A stretch of DNA of 64,000 nt, taken from NCBI GenBank assembly GCA_000002445.1, contig CP000070.1, positions 256,001-320,000 of the forward strand. Direction: 5' to 3'. The position numbers were made by a program, and so were the translations under genes. Below the pieces are notes generated by a model. It was given only the letters and a program-made list of their open reading frames with translations. It did not search any database and was not told the origin of the DNA. Numbering within the stretch: position 1 is the stretch's first letter; each line of letters begins with the position of its first letter. Of the stretch, positions 40,701 to 50,950 are shown piece after piece. The DNA is from Trypanosoma brucei (Eukaryota).

Positions 40701-41862
40701 CCGTGACGAGGAGGATGCCTCGGTTACCGCTAGCAAACGGTCTCGTGTCTCGGCGGACGTTTCAACTTCTCTTGTGCTACGCTGCGTGGGGAGTTCCAAC
40801 GCCCCTCGTGCTGTTCGCTGTATGTTGACTTTACGTATTGCCGCTCTTGCATCTGCAGCAGGTATTTCTCTTAACGCTCAGTCACTGGTCTCGTGCATGC
40901 ACAACTTCGTAATGCGAAGGAGTCAACCAAATGGTATCTTCAATGGCGTGCCATGGTGTGACGTGTTGGGGTGGCACAGTAACCTGATGACACGTGCAAG
41001 GAGGGCGTCGTGGGCAATGCGCGACGTACAGTTTCTCCACGCTGCGTGCCTACAGGCTCTACTTGCACAAGGGGAGTGGCCGGAGGCCCTTCTTTTATTA
41101 CCGAGGGTTGAGATCCCTTTCGCAAGTGACTACTGTCGGGAGGGAAGCAAGACCGGGACCCGTGGCTTCAAGAGTTGTGTCATGTCTCTCCTGGCGCTGT
41201 GCGCGTCGGATCGCACCCGAAGTTGCCGTGACACTGCAGCTACGTTGATCGAAATGGTTAGACGTCGAACATCTGAAAGGGAGATGTGCCCCACGTGGGA
41301 CGGGACGGTGACTAAACTGTGTCAAATTGCGTGTGTTGAGCCTCCCATTTACCGCGGCCGTGATGAAAAATCGCGTACACCGCTTTTTCGCGATTGTGCC
41401 CCCTCATTCCCCCAACCTGCGCCTGATGCGGAGGGGGAACTCTTGATTCGGCTAGGATCAACTGCGTTGTCATACAATCATCCGCGCTACAGTCACGAGG
41501 CATTGGTCAAGAGGTTGGAGGCGCGCGTTGCGAGGCTTCGGAGCGAAGTTGCGGTGACTCTTGCAATAACGTGTACTGGCACTGAGGAGCCGCAGCGGGG
41601 CCATGAGGGAGAAAAACACTGCCGGCCGTCGCTGATACGAGTGTGCGAGCGCACCTCCGTGGGACTTCACCGATCGCGGGTTGTCTGGTCGCAGAATACG
41701 TTGATGAGGGAGGAAACTGACCCGAGTCATGCAAGGGTGCATGATGAGGCGGCGAGGTCTCTCTTGGACACGCGGCTTGCCAGTGTTATGGTGCCGCTAC
41801 GCCGTCTCGAGAGGATCCGTGCAGAAAAGCATCACCGACACGACGGGGGCAAGAAGTGGTAA
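37759..41862 (+). CDS. Large hypothetical protein
   Basis: 1367-aa uninterrupted ORF on the + strand. The start codon is uncertain. No recognisable catalytic motif. Confidence 0.5.
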   Translation: MLTCGDPSPLSEKAPACTTETHKVLVLVQIRGGSAGVFWRTERGQNLPFFFVSQRMRGSNRAQLSALFSIVSAATHPGVRAGRIPCVTQVTAPNDATAPSATALRPEKSHLTWQEALCEMEGLHEMSVPVRSAVALHEFLTSEAKKLGCDAAQRGELRRRAGVFCAKDNARPPRWSSGVFAGDDSRVNGRKLKDVLVEEMEGCRAWATECIQKMGSAAGIDQTRCALKPVGGAGEPFEEICGAVACFAGEESGVVESFALASVLLNHLRPMRRCLVELARDAWEEALNVCEQFLNSDDAISSALGAELFRCVASVAPSNSRVKLLSLYVHQRRNQLLSNLKDLPNLFRFCSLRCFDEEELLNWRRKLREQMQAMLDIIREMDALDVERAQEFKRACSLGRRAAVNMVPAGGYSQEHHGSHSNRFSFSSPASLSRNMEKRGCGVECEEGKKSVQVREISAKGAEYVKGNVEGLDNTSRSGNRFTSSEMAVVSSCWQRTALETWRKQRGSAIRMLCSQDGKEAKEGGQGKQFRVELGHHEACRADVAEGPHRTPLSRLRATISGGCKDYSDLLTALCSWVRENRRDLNETCYMTFVLEIVVFIFVCELRPSVGVAALSQLTSLLVQFRKEQVVNNSVNLFTEPLTVGLAAAALRTSMEAARRGTVRGGIAIDPEDVGNSPFLKDVAALLFEVRLPHMLRQTVSILRDGYFTSPLETIGAPPPLGFSNEFYQHTGVIAVLVRMAACRNMRPTVSPDFPTVPIQPVAFLIELTEVVGESAILMLREIPLRRKKPIPGVLNEALWGLFVPFAAWLLHNGESLAGELPVDGVRRLLKLCEAVVADLAARWNYSVVPTRRRWISMEKPVVSLFTQEYVADEVTRRKVVSFASLLEGILSAALRFFPNIFSEARGFSRVCSAVAIILHDVDTHTAHQIMEFLLRLSPPPEQMDCSAHHAVVRCLSAMRHGCTLWMQAVHHYTQTLRTIIRDEEDASVTASKRSRVSADVSTSLVLRCVGSSNAPRAVRCMLTLRIAALASAAGISLNAQSLVSCMHNFVMRRSQPNGIFNGVPWCDVLGWHSNLMTRARRASWAMRDVQFLHAACLQALLAQGEWPEALLLLPRVEIPFASDYCREGSKTGTRGFKSCVMSLLALCASDRTRSCRDTAATLIEMVRRRTSEREMCPTWDGTVTKLCQIACVEPPIYRGRDEKSRTPLFRDCAPSFPQPAPDAEGELLIRLGSTALSYNHPRYSHEALVKRLEARVARLRSEVAVTLAITCTGTEEPQRGHEGEKHCRPSLIRVCERTSVGLHRSRVVWSQNTLMREETDPSHARVHDEAARSLLDTRLASVMVPLRRLERIRAEKHHRHDGGKKW

Positions 41863-42177
41863 CAAGGAGGAGTGTGTAGGGAGTGAGTGACTCGTGTGTG
41901 GTGCATAATACCTGTTTATGCGCGTTTCGGTGTAAAGGGGGTACAAGTGGAGTTCTCTGATGACATTGCATGAAATACACACTTAATGCGGGCGCTACTT
42001 GGATATTCTGTTGCCTACCCTTTCACTACCTTGCTTCGCTGGAGGCAAGTTTGTTGACCTTTTTCAAGTTTGTGGAAATTGTGCGTCTGCCTACGCGGAG
42101 AGAACAACAACTAGTAGCGATACACGGTCGGCGTCAGGGGCAAAAACAAGAAAAAAGAGGAAGGTTTTGCTTAACGA

Positions 42178-42570
42178 ATGCTGTGCCGTAGCCCGTGCTG
42201 CGCGGCACCTGTCTTCTGCCGTATTGTCGATATTATGCGGCAGCGTGAACCTTACGCGCGTCCAGGTATTCTTTACCCTATCCGCGTGGAATTGGGTGAC
42301 CGTGTGGATAAGTGTACCCCGCATGAGTTGCAGGAGCTTATTGACACGATGCTTGCTCGATCTCAGCGGTACGGCACAGTCAAAACAGGGACGGTATATA
42401 ATGTGAATCAGTCTGTGGCAACGGAAATTAGGGCGTATGGACGCTACGTAGTGACGGGAAACATGCGCGGTGGCTACATCAAGGGGGATCATCGATACGG
42501 CCCGCGCTTGACGGGATATAGTGGGGCAACAACGAAACCAGGACTTAAATGGAACGGGGAGGACTTATGA
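42178..42570 (+). CDS. Small hypothetical protein
   Basis: 130-aa ORF. The true start is possibly the internal MRQREPYARPG. It lies on the + strand between genes. Confidence 0.3.
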   Translation: MLCRSPCCAAPVFCRIVDIMRQREPYARPGILYPIRVELGDRVDKCTPHELQELIDTMLARSQRYGTVKTGTVYNVNQSVATEIRAYGRYVVTGNMRGGYIKGDHRYGPRLTGYSGATTKPGLKWNGEDL

Positions 42571-42872
42571 AACCGCAATCGATTACCGTCCCTTCGAATA
42601 TGCCTTCCTCTCCAGTCTGAAAACAGCGCGATCAAACAGTTTGAGTAGTTTGAAAAGTTGGCTTTCGGCCTGGGTTGCCTCTCATCCCAGGTTTCCTTGT
42701 TGATAACCTCCGCATTATTTGAAAATTGTATGTGTGCTGCCACTCGAATGTGTACATCTATGTGTTGTGGTCCCGTTTGCATTTGCACTCATGTTTCCTG
42801 CAAGGGATCAGCCATAAACTGGACCCCTGTTCAAGATAGGTTTACCATACTGAAAAGAAAAAGAAAAAGGAG

Positions 42873-43427
42873 GTGCAGCTCCGCAGTTTAGACGGCATTG
42901 GACCATTACCACACCGAAGCGGAAAAGTTGCACATAGGTGTTCTGTTATGATTACAGAGGGCGCCGCTACACCCTGTGCCGAGGTGCCGGCGATTCGCCG
43001 TGTTCGGCGAACTCGTTCACGCTTTGAGCGTCTCGTCCGCCCTGAGGATGTCGCCCCCGGTGAGCCAACCCCTAGTGTGGAGGGATGGGTCCTATTCCTC
43101 ACCAACTTACCACCCAACACCACGATGGACCACATCACTGATCTTTTTGTTACGCGTGAGGGTGAGGGACTCTGGAACGTGCGGGAAGTGAAAATGCCCC
43201 TTGATAAAAATTGTGAATGTTGCGGTTATGCACTGGTGGAATTGGAAAAGCGCGAAGCCTTCGAGGCCGCATTGCGAGATATGGAAGGAATGACGTTGTC
43301 CTTCGCTGAGGGTGAACCACCAAACGGCGAGGACGCGTGGCGTCTTCACATAGCTCCGACATTCCTCGGCGAGAAGGACGACGAAGAAGAGGAGTTGGTG
43401 GCGGGAGGAAAACGGGAGCGTGAGTAG
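42873..43427 (+). CDS. Y14: Y14 / RBM8A-like RRM protein (exon-junction-complex component)
   Basis: SVEGWVLFLTNLPPNTTMDHITDLF...GYALVELEKREAFEAALRDMEGMTLS closely parallels the Y14 RRM ([25 protein letters not shown]...[25 protein letters not shown]). Confidence 0.65.
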   Translation: MQLRSLDGIGPLPHRSGKVAHRCSVMITEGAATPCAEVPAIRRVRRTRSRFERLVRPEDVAPGEPTPSVEGWVLFLTNLPPNTTMDHITDLFVTREGEGLWNVREVKMPLDKNCECCGYALVELEKREAFEAALRDMEGMTLSFAEGEPPNGEDAWRLHIAPTFLGEKDDEEEELVAGGKRERE

Positions 43428-43993
43428 GCTTTCCCCATGCGCTTATACCACAATGGCTTCAGCGTATTTCTGTCTGTTGGTATTTGTGGGATGTCGCGCC
43501 ATCTCAGATTTCCCGTTATCTTTTCCAGCTGGACGATACCCAGTGTGTGCTTCTTTACATCTTTTCTTCTTTCTTCTTTTAGTGGGCCATTCTTGTAACT
43601 GAAGGCGGTGATGGTGGTGTGATAGTTTGCGAAGCGGCGTGTGCACGGAACAAGAACAAGCGAAGAAGAGGAAACAACATCACGTGTTGGAAGTGCCACT
43701 GGGGCAAAGGGGCGTAGAGTTGGGGGAATATTCAGGGAATCGGCCTGGAATAGCCTTCGTACTTCTCTTTGATTTGGTTGGGTGCCGTGTTTTAAATTTA
43801 TCTTTGGTCACCACTATTAGTGATCGAGGGTTGCGATCGGTTGGAATACGAGTGCCTCGTGGGCTTCCTGTTGACAGACCCGACGTAGCACAAAGAAACC
43901 TCACACCTTTATTCCTTCCCTATTCTTCCTCACTCATACCCAGTTTGGGGAACTTAGGGTAGTGCACCCTTCCTCCACGTCGTTTATAGGGGT

Positions 43994-44314
43994 GTGAAGG
44001 TGAGGACGGCTGTGGGCGTTGTTTGTGGTGCTAAAAAGTTCGTTGACGACATGGCCACTACTCGGGCGCCAAACTCCGGTACAAACCCAAATGGCGTCGG
44101 CACGTGCCCCGGAGGGAAGGATACACAAGAAGCAACAAGCCTGCCGTTTGCGGCGTTTCAGCTAGTTATGGCGGCGCTATTCATACTTAGTGGATTTGCT
44201 GTAAAGCGGATGAGGCGTCTGTCGGAACTACGGGCGCAGCAGCGCCACGAGCGACTTGGACGGGTGGAAGTGGGGTTTGGTATGGAGAGCGGTTCAACCA
44301 GATTAGTGATCTGA
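43994..44314 (+). other. Candidate small ORF encoding a protein with a single hydrophobic helix. Speculative.
   Basis: 106-aa ORF. The internal start MATTRAPNSG... leads to FAAFQLVMAALFILSGFAV (a TM-like segment) followed by KRMRRLSELRAQQRHERL. It lies on the + strand in the gap upstream of the tRNA. Confidence 0.2.
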
Positions 44315-44548
44315 CCTCACTGTGCGTTTGTTTGTGAGTATGTTCTGTCAGTTGTTTTTTCCTGCGGGACTCGCATAATGTGAGGTGGCTGGTGAGGGCG
44401 AATACCGCGGCCCTCGTTGTTTGTTTGCTTGCGACGGTGTTTGGTCGAGTCGCAACAATACCGATGTTTCGGGTTGCAGCGCGCGTTTCGTCGTGACTGC
44501 TCTGCGCTGCAATCGGTAACGGGTGTGAATGAGGGGCGGGCGACCGAG

Positions 44549-44619
44549 GCGCAGTTGGTCTAGTGGTAGAATTCTCGCCTGCCACGCGGGAGGCCCGGGT
44601 TCGATTCCCGGACTGCGCA
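44549..44619 (+). tRNA. tRNA-Gly (anticodon GCC)
   Basis: GCGCAGTTGGTCTAGTGGTAGAATTCTCGCCTGCCACGCGGGAGGCCCGGGTTCGATTCCCGGACTGCGCA. The acceptor stem GCGCAGT pairs with ACTGCGC, followed by discriminator A. The A box is TGGTCTAGTGG. The anticodon loop is CTGCCAC (GCC). The B box is GGTTCGATTCC. Nearly identical to the eukaryotic tRNA-Gly-GCC body. Confidence 0.9.
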
Positions 44620-44621
44620 CG

Positions 44622-44626
44622 TTTTT
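44622..44626 (+). terminator. Pol III T-run terminator immediately 3' of the tRNA-Gly
   Basis: cgTTTTTctcc begins 2 nt after the discriminator base. Confidence 0.6.
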
Positions 44627-44937
44627 CTCCCATCTTGTCGTTTTGCATTTGGGTTCTTCCGGCCGAGGTGTTGTTAGCGACAGCGGGAGGGGAAGCAAAG
44701 AAAGTGGGAAAATGGAAAAAAAAAGAGGTGTATGAGTCATGCGCAAAGCGAAGGGATGGTGTGTTACCTCGGATATGTGTCCCGGTAACTGTTTTATTTC
44801 ACCCGAAATCACATACTTGATTTGTTTTCCACCATATGTTAGTTGTTGCGACTTTCCTTCTGGCTCCACCTCCTGATTAGTATCCAGTGTTTTTTTTTTT
44901 GCGGTAAAACATCGGAGTTTGGTGGCTCACCCACCGA

Positions 44938-45450
44938 ATGCAACGATACAAGGAGGGCAGATCCGGCGCTTACACCGAAACTTATCATAAGCTGCTGGGA
45001 AAGTCTCCATGGATTGTCATCCGCAACATTGAGCACCCTGGTGGCCCAAACAAAAGGAATAGGGAGAAGGTCGCTGCTGGCGGTAACGATCTTAACGCTA
45101 ATGACGATGAGTGTTGCTCCACATCACTCTCCGAGGGGGATATAGCAACTGTTTTCTCGCAGTTTGGTGAGGTGATTGATGTGAGGCTTGTGCGTCACCA
45201 GCGCACAGGCCGGTTCCTTGGCACTGCCTTTGTTAAGTTTGAAGACTACCGAAGTGCCATTTTAGCTGCGGATGAGATGAACTCCAACCATGAAAAGGGT
45301 AAGGAAGTTTCACTAACCACAACCGGGAGGGCACCATCGCAGCGGGGGATTGAGGTGGCCCGATGCGAGGAAGTTGAAGTTTGTGCGCTTCCTAGTGGCG
45401 CCGAGTCGTATGCGGAGTGGTTGAGTCGGGTTGTGTTGGAAGCGAGGTGA
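44938..45450 (+). CDS. RBMX2 / Snu17 (IST3)-like RRM protein, a component of the RES (retention-and-splicing) complex
   Basis: KSPWIVIRNIEHP...LSEGDIATVFSQFGEVIDVRLVRHQRTGRFLGTAFVKFEDYRSAILAADEMNS parallels human RBMX2 [66 protein letters not shown]. Confidence 0.55.
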   Translation: MQRYKEGRSGAYTETYHKLLGKSPWIVIRNIEHPGGPNKRNREKVAAGGNDLNANDDECCSTSLSEGDIATVFSQFGEVIDVRLVRHQRTGRFLGTAFVKFEDYRSAILAADEMNSNHEKGKEVSLTTTGRAPSQRGIEVARCEEVEVCALPSGAESYAEWLSRVVLEAR

Positions 45451-45822
45451 AAAAATTGGGAGTGGAAAAAGGGGAATGGATGACAGTCTCCGTCACTCAT
45501 GTTGCCATGGTTGTGCTTCCTTTTTTTTTCGCGTGTCTGCCATTTTGCCGCGGTGGTTTCTGCCACCGAAATGGGCGTGTTTCGTCTCTGCTCCGCAGGG
45601 GGAGGGAGCGAGGTGAACAGAAATTGGTGCACCTACACCCTTGCGAAGAGGGTATTGAACGTAATACGCGAAGCACAACTCTTTATCTTTGTTTTCTTTC
45701 ACGCTTGATACCTCTTGTCTGTTAGAGCGTCTATGCCCTTTCTTTTTTTTTCTCGGTTGCTTTCCTTCTTCAAATATCAAGGTGCCTTTGCTACCTGTGG
45801 GCGTTCACAAGATAGCTGTAAG

Positions 45823-45846
45823 TATATATATATATATATATATATA
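45823..45846. repeat. (TA)n microsatellite
   Basis: Direct read. Confidence 0.85.
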
Positions 45847-46006
45847 GGTACATATCTGCTCTTCCCTACCACCCGTGCGGTACGTGGTGAGAAGTTGGCG
45901 TTTGGAGGGAACAGACGCAGGGAAAGGAGCGCCAAGGGCAGTGACAACTAAGCCAAAAGAAGAGACACGAGGGGATTGAGGGCACCCTTCACTTAGTTTT
46001 GTTTCA

Positions 46007-49000
46007 TTGCCGCTTAGTTTTGTTTTCCCCATTGGGTATCGCACACTTCCAAGCACACAATTCGTCCTGCTGGCTCATCTTCAGGACGGCAGAGGGCCAT
46101 CGGCTCCGATGCGTCCATTAGTTGAGCGTTTTCTAAGGGGGGACAACAGTGTCCTATCGCAGATCCTTATGCGGGTTGAATCTCAGGGCGATCCAACATT
46201 CGGAGATAGCAGCGAACGGCTCTACAACCGGCTTATAGAAATGCTTGTTCATGAGGGTCGACGGGCATCAGGATCCGCACGCGGAAGCCCCAGTAACAAA
46301 GAAAATTGTTTTGTAGCCATACGCGTATTCAATATTATCTTCGAGCGGGCTGGAGTTGACGCTCCGGTTCTGCGTCGATGTCTTACGGAGTCCGGATCAA
46401 ACAACGCTCGTATGATGAATTTAGATCACTACTTCTCTCAACAGGGGCACATGAATATGCATGTAGCTCGCTTTGCATTGACTTTGACCAAGATTTATCG
46501 CATTTCTGTTGAGACCCTTTTGACAGCCGCGCCAAACATTGTCCACGTGGAGAGGCTTGCAGGAAGTAGGGAAAACTCCAATGCACAATCATCAGCGAGC
46601 AGCCACGACGATAACGTTTCCCCAATGCGCGGCACGTTCAGTGCTGCACGGAGTAATTTAAGGGGGGAGGGACGTTCGGTTTCCAACCCTCGTGCTGGTC
46701 GCGGTGCAGACGGCGCTCGTGTGGAGTTGTTTCAAGCGGTAGGCAACAGTAACAGACATTGGCGAGAACTACCTGATGCACCATCTTTTGTTCCTTTCAG
46801 TGTGAACCCACTGTACAGCGAAAATGTAGGTGCCTCAAACCACACGTGGATGCCGCCCCAGTTTCCAACTCCAGTATTGCTATTCTCACGGCACTTCGGG
46901 GCGGGTTGTGAAGCCAAACTTCCAATAATGGGCGCCATTACAGCTCAACAAACCGGAGAGCAGTTAGATGCGGAGGATGCGATAGCATCACCCACTCCGG
47001 AAAGGGTGGGCGACGGTGGTGAAGCAGTGGAAGAAGTAGTTGCAGGTGAGAAACCACCGGACCTGCTGTTGTCACGCTACCTGGCGAAAGGTGCAGTGCT
47101 TACGTGGGGTAACATTGCCTCCGTCAAAACAGGAAAGAAGTTACAACTAGCAAGCCCATCGGATGGCGAAAGCCCCCCACAAGGCTCGTACACGTTGTCA
47201 CCCACAAGGTTGGCCATTCCGGTTCCTGTGGTTTCTTTCAGCTGCGGCGCGTATTCATGTTATTTTGTGACAATGGAGAGAAAAATTCTAAGCTGTGGCA
47301 ATGACGATTGGGGTCAGTTAGGAGCTGGGAAGTCGAAGGACTCTCAGCCCCCTGGTGCAGTCAAGGGTAGCGAAGGGAAGTACCGACTCTACCGTGTGCC
47401 GCTCCGCAGTGGTGATCAAATATGTAAGTTAGCGGCTGGTTCTGCCTTCGCTGTCGCCATTGGTTTACGGAGTAGGCGCATGTATCTCTGGGGTCAAAAT
47501 TCATTCGGACAGTGCCTTGTTCACGAAGGTATGACTGTGCGAACACCCGTACTAGTGGACATCCCAGGACAATACACAGAGGTTGTGGATGTGGCTTGCG
47601 GGGGCTTCTACGCCGCACTATCTTTTACATGCGGCAGCGTAGGAACATGGGGGCTCTCCACAATGCTGGCAACAAATGTTTCACCAGATCAGCTTCGAGA
47701 TGCAGATGCACCGAACAACCAGAAGTGCGCTAAAACAATTAATTTGTTCAAACCACTAAACGAGAAGGTCGTTGCGCTTCGGGCGGGGCCGTGTCATTGT
47801 CTTGCGATAACGTCAAGTGGGGCCGTATATTCATGGGGTGTAGAGCGTAATGGGCGACTTGGGCACGGTAGTGGAAAAAATGAGGAGAAAATGCGCCTCA
47901 TTGACGCTCTAAGTAATCAAGTGGTTACGGATGCCAGCTGCGGCTCGTTTCACACAGCGGTTTTGACGAAGCAGGGACAAATTTTTGTCTTCGGTGAAAA
48001 TACATATGGTCAGTTGGGTCTCCCGACACGGCAACCACGTTTGCTACCGGAGATACTTCCGCTGCCCAAAAGGGCAATATCCGTTTCGTGTGGACGTGAG
48101 CACACTTGCATATTGTTAGAGGACGGCGACGTCATGGCATGTGGGAGCCTTCGATGCTCAGGTGTTGGCGTAGGTTTTGGTTCTCGCTTCGTGGCTCCGC
48201 GCCGAGCTGTACAAAACTATCTCATCCTAACTTTAGCTAGTGGTGATCTGCACGTGCTTGCAGCCGGGCTCCTACGCACTATGGCACTAACCGTAGTTCA
48301 AACTCCGCCGGAGTCACCAATACTTGACGACCTACCGAAAGTCAATGAAGTAGCTAGACGTCACGGTTTGCGCGGGGTTAGCGCCGGAAATGGGTTTACA
48401 ATAATTTTAGCGGAAACAGGTGAAGCCTTTTCTATTGGTCAGGGAGAAAATGGTCAGTTAGGGATGGGTGATACTTCGCTTTCACAAAAAACGGCACTTC
48501 GTAAAGTAGTTGTACCCGACTTTGAAGAGTTGTGTGCCGTGGAGTGTGGGTTTAACTTTGCCATTGCTATTGGCTCCTCCGGTGCCCTGTATAGTTGGGG
48601 CTGGAATACACATGGACAGCTCGGCCACGGTGTGGCCGTCAACTTAGGGGAAGCGGTCTTTACTCCTAAGGAGATTTCAGCGTTGAAGTCGCTTGCGCAA
48701 GTCGTTCAGGTTGCGTGTGGTGGTACTTTCGTAATTGCTCTTACTCAATGCGGGGAGGTGTATTCATGGGGAGAAACTCTGTACTGTGGTCATGGAACTG
48801 GAGGTGAGAGATGCCTAACAAACCCCAAGCGAATTGCGGCACTACAGGACATTGCGGCGGTTGCGGCAGGTGATAGGCATGCTGCTGCTGTTTCCTATGA
48901 CCATGTCATTTACGCGTGGGGTCGGGGTCCTGTTGGTGATGGTGGATCTCCATCCACTGTGGTGCCGGTTCCCGTAGCAGTGAAGTTTGCACACCCAGTG

Positions 49001-49567
49001 CGTCAACTTGTATGCTGCCAGGTGAATACGTTTATAATTACGGACGTTGGTGATCTTTATGTGTGGGGACTGAACAACAACGGACAATGTGGGGCGCTAC
49101 AGTCGATGATTAACAGTGATCATTCAACTTCTACTCTTCGTCAAAAAGGGGATGAGGATGGTGGGATGAAATCGGATCAGCAACCCCTACTGTTTCCCAC
49201 CTTTGTTGCGTCCGGGGTGCGTGAAGCCGCATTCACCAAAATGTGCGGAGTTTACGTTAAGGAGGACGGCAGCAGTTACGTTTGTGGTCGCGTGCGTCAA
49301 AATGGAAGGGATGTAACTCTCAAGTCCTTCACACAGCAGTGGGTCGGTCGCCCTCCCAGTGAGCGTGATGGTGAAACTGGGGCTGCCTCTCCCAGCAGTT
49401 ACTTCGTCCGTTGCTTCCATGGATACGACAGTATATTCCAACTAGTAGAGCGAAAGCGACAAACTCCTGCTTCGTTGAAAACCACTAGACAAAACTTGTC
49501 GGCGTTTGTTCGCGGCTCAAAGGAAAAAGCCTTTTACCAGCGCAACAACCAGAATAGAGAGAAGTAG
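46007..49567 (+). CDS. RCC1-repeat (regulator of chromosome condensation-like beta-propeller) protein
   Basis: 1186 aa. Multiple RCC1 blade signatures: YSWGVERNGRLGHGS, FVFGENTYGQLGLP, FSIGQGENGQLGMGD, YSWGWNTHGQLGHG, YSWGETLYCGHGTG, YAWGRGPVGDGG and YVWGLNNNGQCG. Confidence 0.75.
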   Translation: MPLSFVFPIGYRTLPSTQFVLLAHLQDGRGPSAPMRPLVERFLRGDNSVLSQILMRVESQGDPTFGDSSERLYNRLIEMLVHEGRRASGSARGSPSNKENCFVAIRVFNIIFERAGVDAPVLRRCLTESGSNNARMMNLDHYFSQQGHMNMHVARFALTLTKIYRISVETLLTAAPNIVHVERLAGSRENSNAQSSASSHDDNVSPMRGTFSAARSNLRGEGRSVSNPRAGRGADGARVELFQAVGNSNRHWRELPDAPSFVPFSVNPLYSENVGASNHTWMPPQFPTPVLLFSRHFGAGCEAKLPIMGAITAQQTGEQLDAEDAIASPTPERVGDGGEAVEEVVAGEKPPDLLLSRYLAKGAVLTWGNIASVKTGKKLQLASPSDGESPPQGSYTLSPTRLAIPVPVVSFSCGAYSCYFVTMERKILSCGNDDWGQLGAGKSKDSQPPGAVKGSEGKYRLYRVPLRSGDQICKLAAGSAFAVAIGLRSRRMYLWGQNSFGQCLVHEGMTVRTPVLVDIPGQYTEVVDVACGGFYAALSFTCGSVGTWGLSTMLATNVSPDQLRDADAPNNQKCAKTINLFKPLNEKVVALRAGPCHCLAITSSGAVYSWGVERNGRLGHGSGKNEEKMRLIDALSNQVVTDASCGSFHTAVLTKQGQIFVFGENTYGQLGLPTRQPRLLPEILPLPKRAISVSCGREHTCILLEDGDVMACGSLRCSGVGVGFGSRFVAPRRAVQNYLILTLASGDLHVLAAGLLRTMALTVVQTPPESPILDDLPKVNEVARRHGLRGVSAGNGFTIILAETGEAFSIGQGENGQLGMGDTSLSQKTALRKVVVPDFEELCAVECGFNFAIAIGSSGALYSWGWNTHGQLGHGVAVNLGEAVFTPKEISALKSLAQVVQVACGGTFVIALTQCGEVYSWGETLYCGHGTGGERCLTNPKRIAALQDIAAVAAGDRHAAAVSYDHVIYAWGRGPVGDGGSPSTVVPVPVAVKFAHPVRQLVCCQVNTFIITDVGDLYVWGLNNNGQCGALQSMINSDHSTSTLRQKGDEDGGMKSDQQPLLFPTFVASGVREAAFTKMCGVYVKEDGSSYVCGRVRQNGRDVTLKSFTQQWVGRPPSERDGETGAASPSSYFVRCFHGYDSIFQLVERKRQTPASLKTTRQNLSAFVRGSKEKAFYQRNNQNREK

Positions 49568-50950
49568 CCCGCCATAGGCACGTTGCATCATGTACCGTAC
49601 ATGCATTTGGAATGGGTGCCTAATGAGCTGGAAATTGTGAAGAGGTGGAGAGAGACATTGGTTGCGCGGGTAGATGTGAATGCGTGCATGTGCGACGCCA
49701 CTGACTTGCAAACGTATACGCATGAGCGAAACTAGGAAACGAGAGGGTAACCGGAGTGAATAGTGATCAATTTCTTTGGTAGATAAGCAGAGAAAAGGGG
49801 GTACTTGAGGTCACCTATCTCGTACCTGACACCGTGAAAACCTGGACTACATGGGGAAGGACGGGAAAAAGTATCTACGACAGAGATAAGAAAAAAAAAG
49901 CGAAAAGAGTACACTGTACTCATGTGCATAGTGCGAAAGTGTCTCATATAACACTTTAAAAATTTTTTCGCCTATGTTATTAAGTGCTTCAATGCTTTGA
50001 GCGTCGTAGAAATGCTGCTTATTACCTTTCCGTTTATCCCTCTTGATTACTTTTCTGTGACCCCTCTTAAGCGTTTATGTGGGGTGAATGTTTTATCATT
50101 TATGTTTAGTAATCCCGGTTTTCCTCATCTTTTGTAAAAAGTGTGATGCATGTGGGAAGCATTCTTGCCCATGCTCCTCGGGTGGCAACGCACTCGTATG
50201 TTTTAAAAGCGTGGTTATATCTTGCATTGAGGTGTTGTACTCTGTTGGTTGCTCGGATACGCGGCATAGGGGAGCGGGGGATTCCTTTATCCTTTTACTT
50301 CCCTTGTTTTTGTTTTATGTAAGGTGTTGCGCCGGTCCTCTCTTGTCATATTTGCTGTTCGAGTACGCGTGTTTTTTTTTTGTGTGTTTCCTACCCTCCT
50401 TTGTTCCTACATGAAACAAAGGGTTGATCTCGGGGGCGGGGGCTGCTGCCCAACCACCATTTCCGGTTAAAAAAACATATTTATCTACATGTTCTTGCTT
50501 TTTCATCACTTTTCAATTGCTGTTCCCTACCTAAAGAAGAAATGTCAAATGCATTTTTCGATATGTTTACGCGCGTGTCCTAGAAAACCTGTGAGAGCTG
50601 GCATCGCAACGGCTTCCTTTCTCCTTTCTTCTCCCACCCCCGTACATTCGCCATGATGTTCACCAACATGTTATTCTTTCTTTGGAGCGTCTTTTGCTTC
50701 ACCCGTGAAGGACTGGTAGAAAAAGTTAAGAAGGAGGTGCGGGTGAAACTTCCCTCTTCGCCTCCTGCGCTCGAAACGTGTCACCAACTCCACTGTCACG
50801 TTCCTCTTTCTTCCTTTCAGGGTTGTTAGCATCTTCACAACCTCCCCTCCTCCACGTCAACATCGAGCGCAGCTTTACGGAAGCAAGTGTAAAGCGGGGC
50901 GAGAAGAAAATAAGTACGGCAAGGGAACAACTGCGGGAGTGTACCCATAA

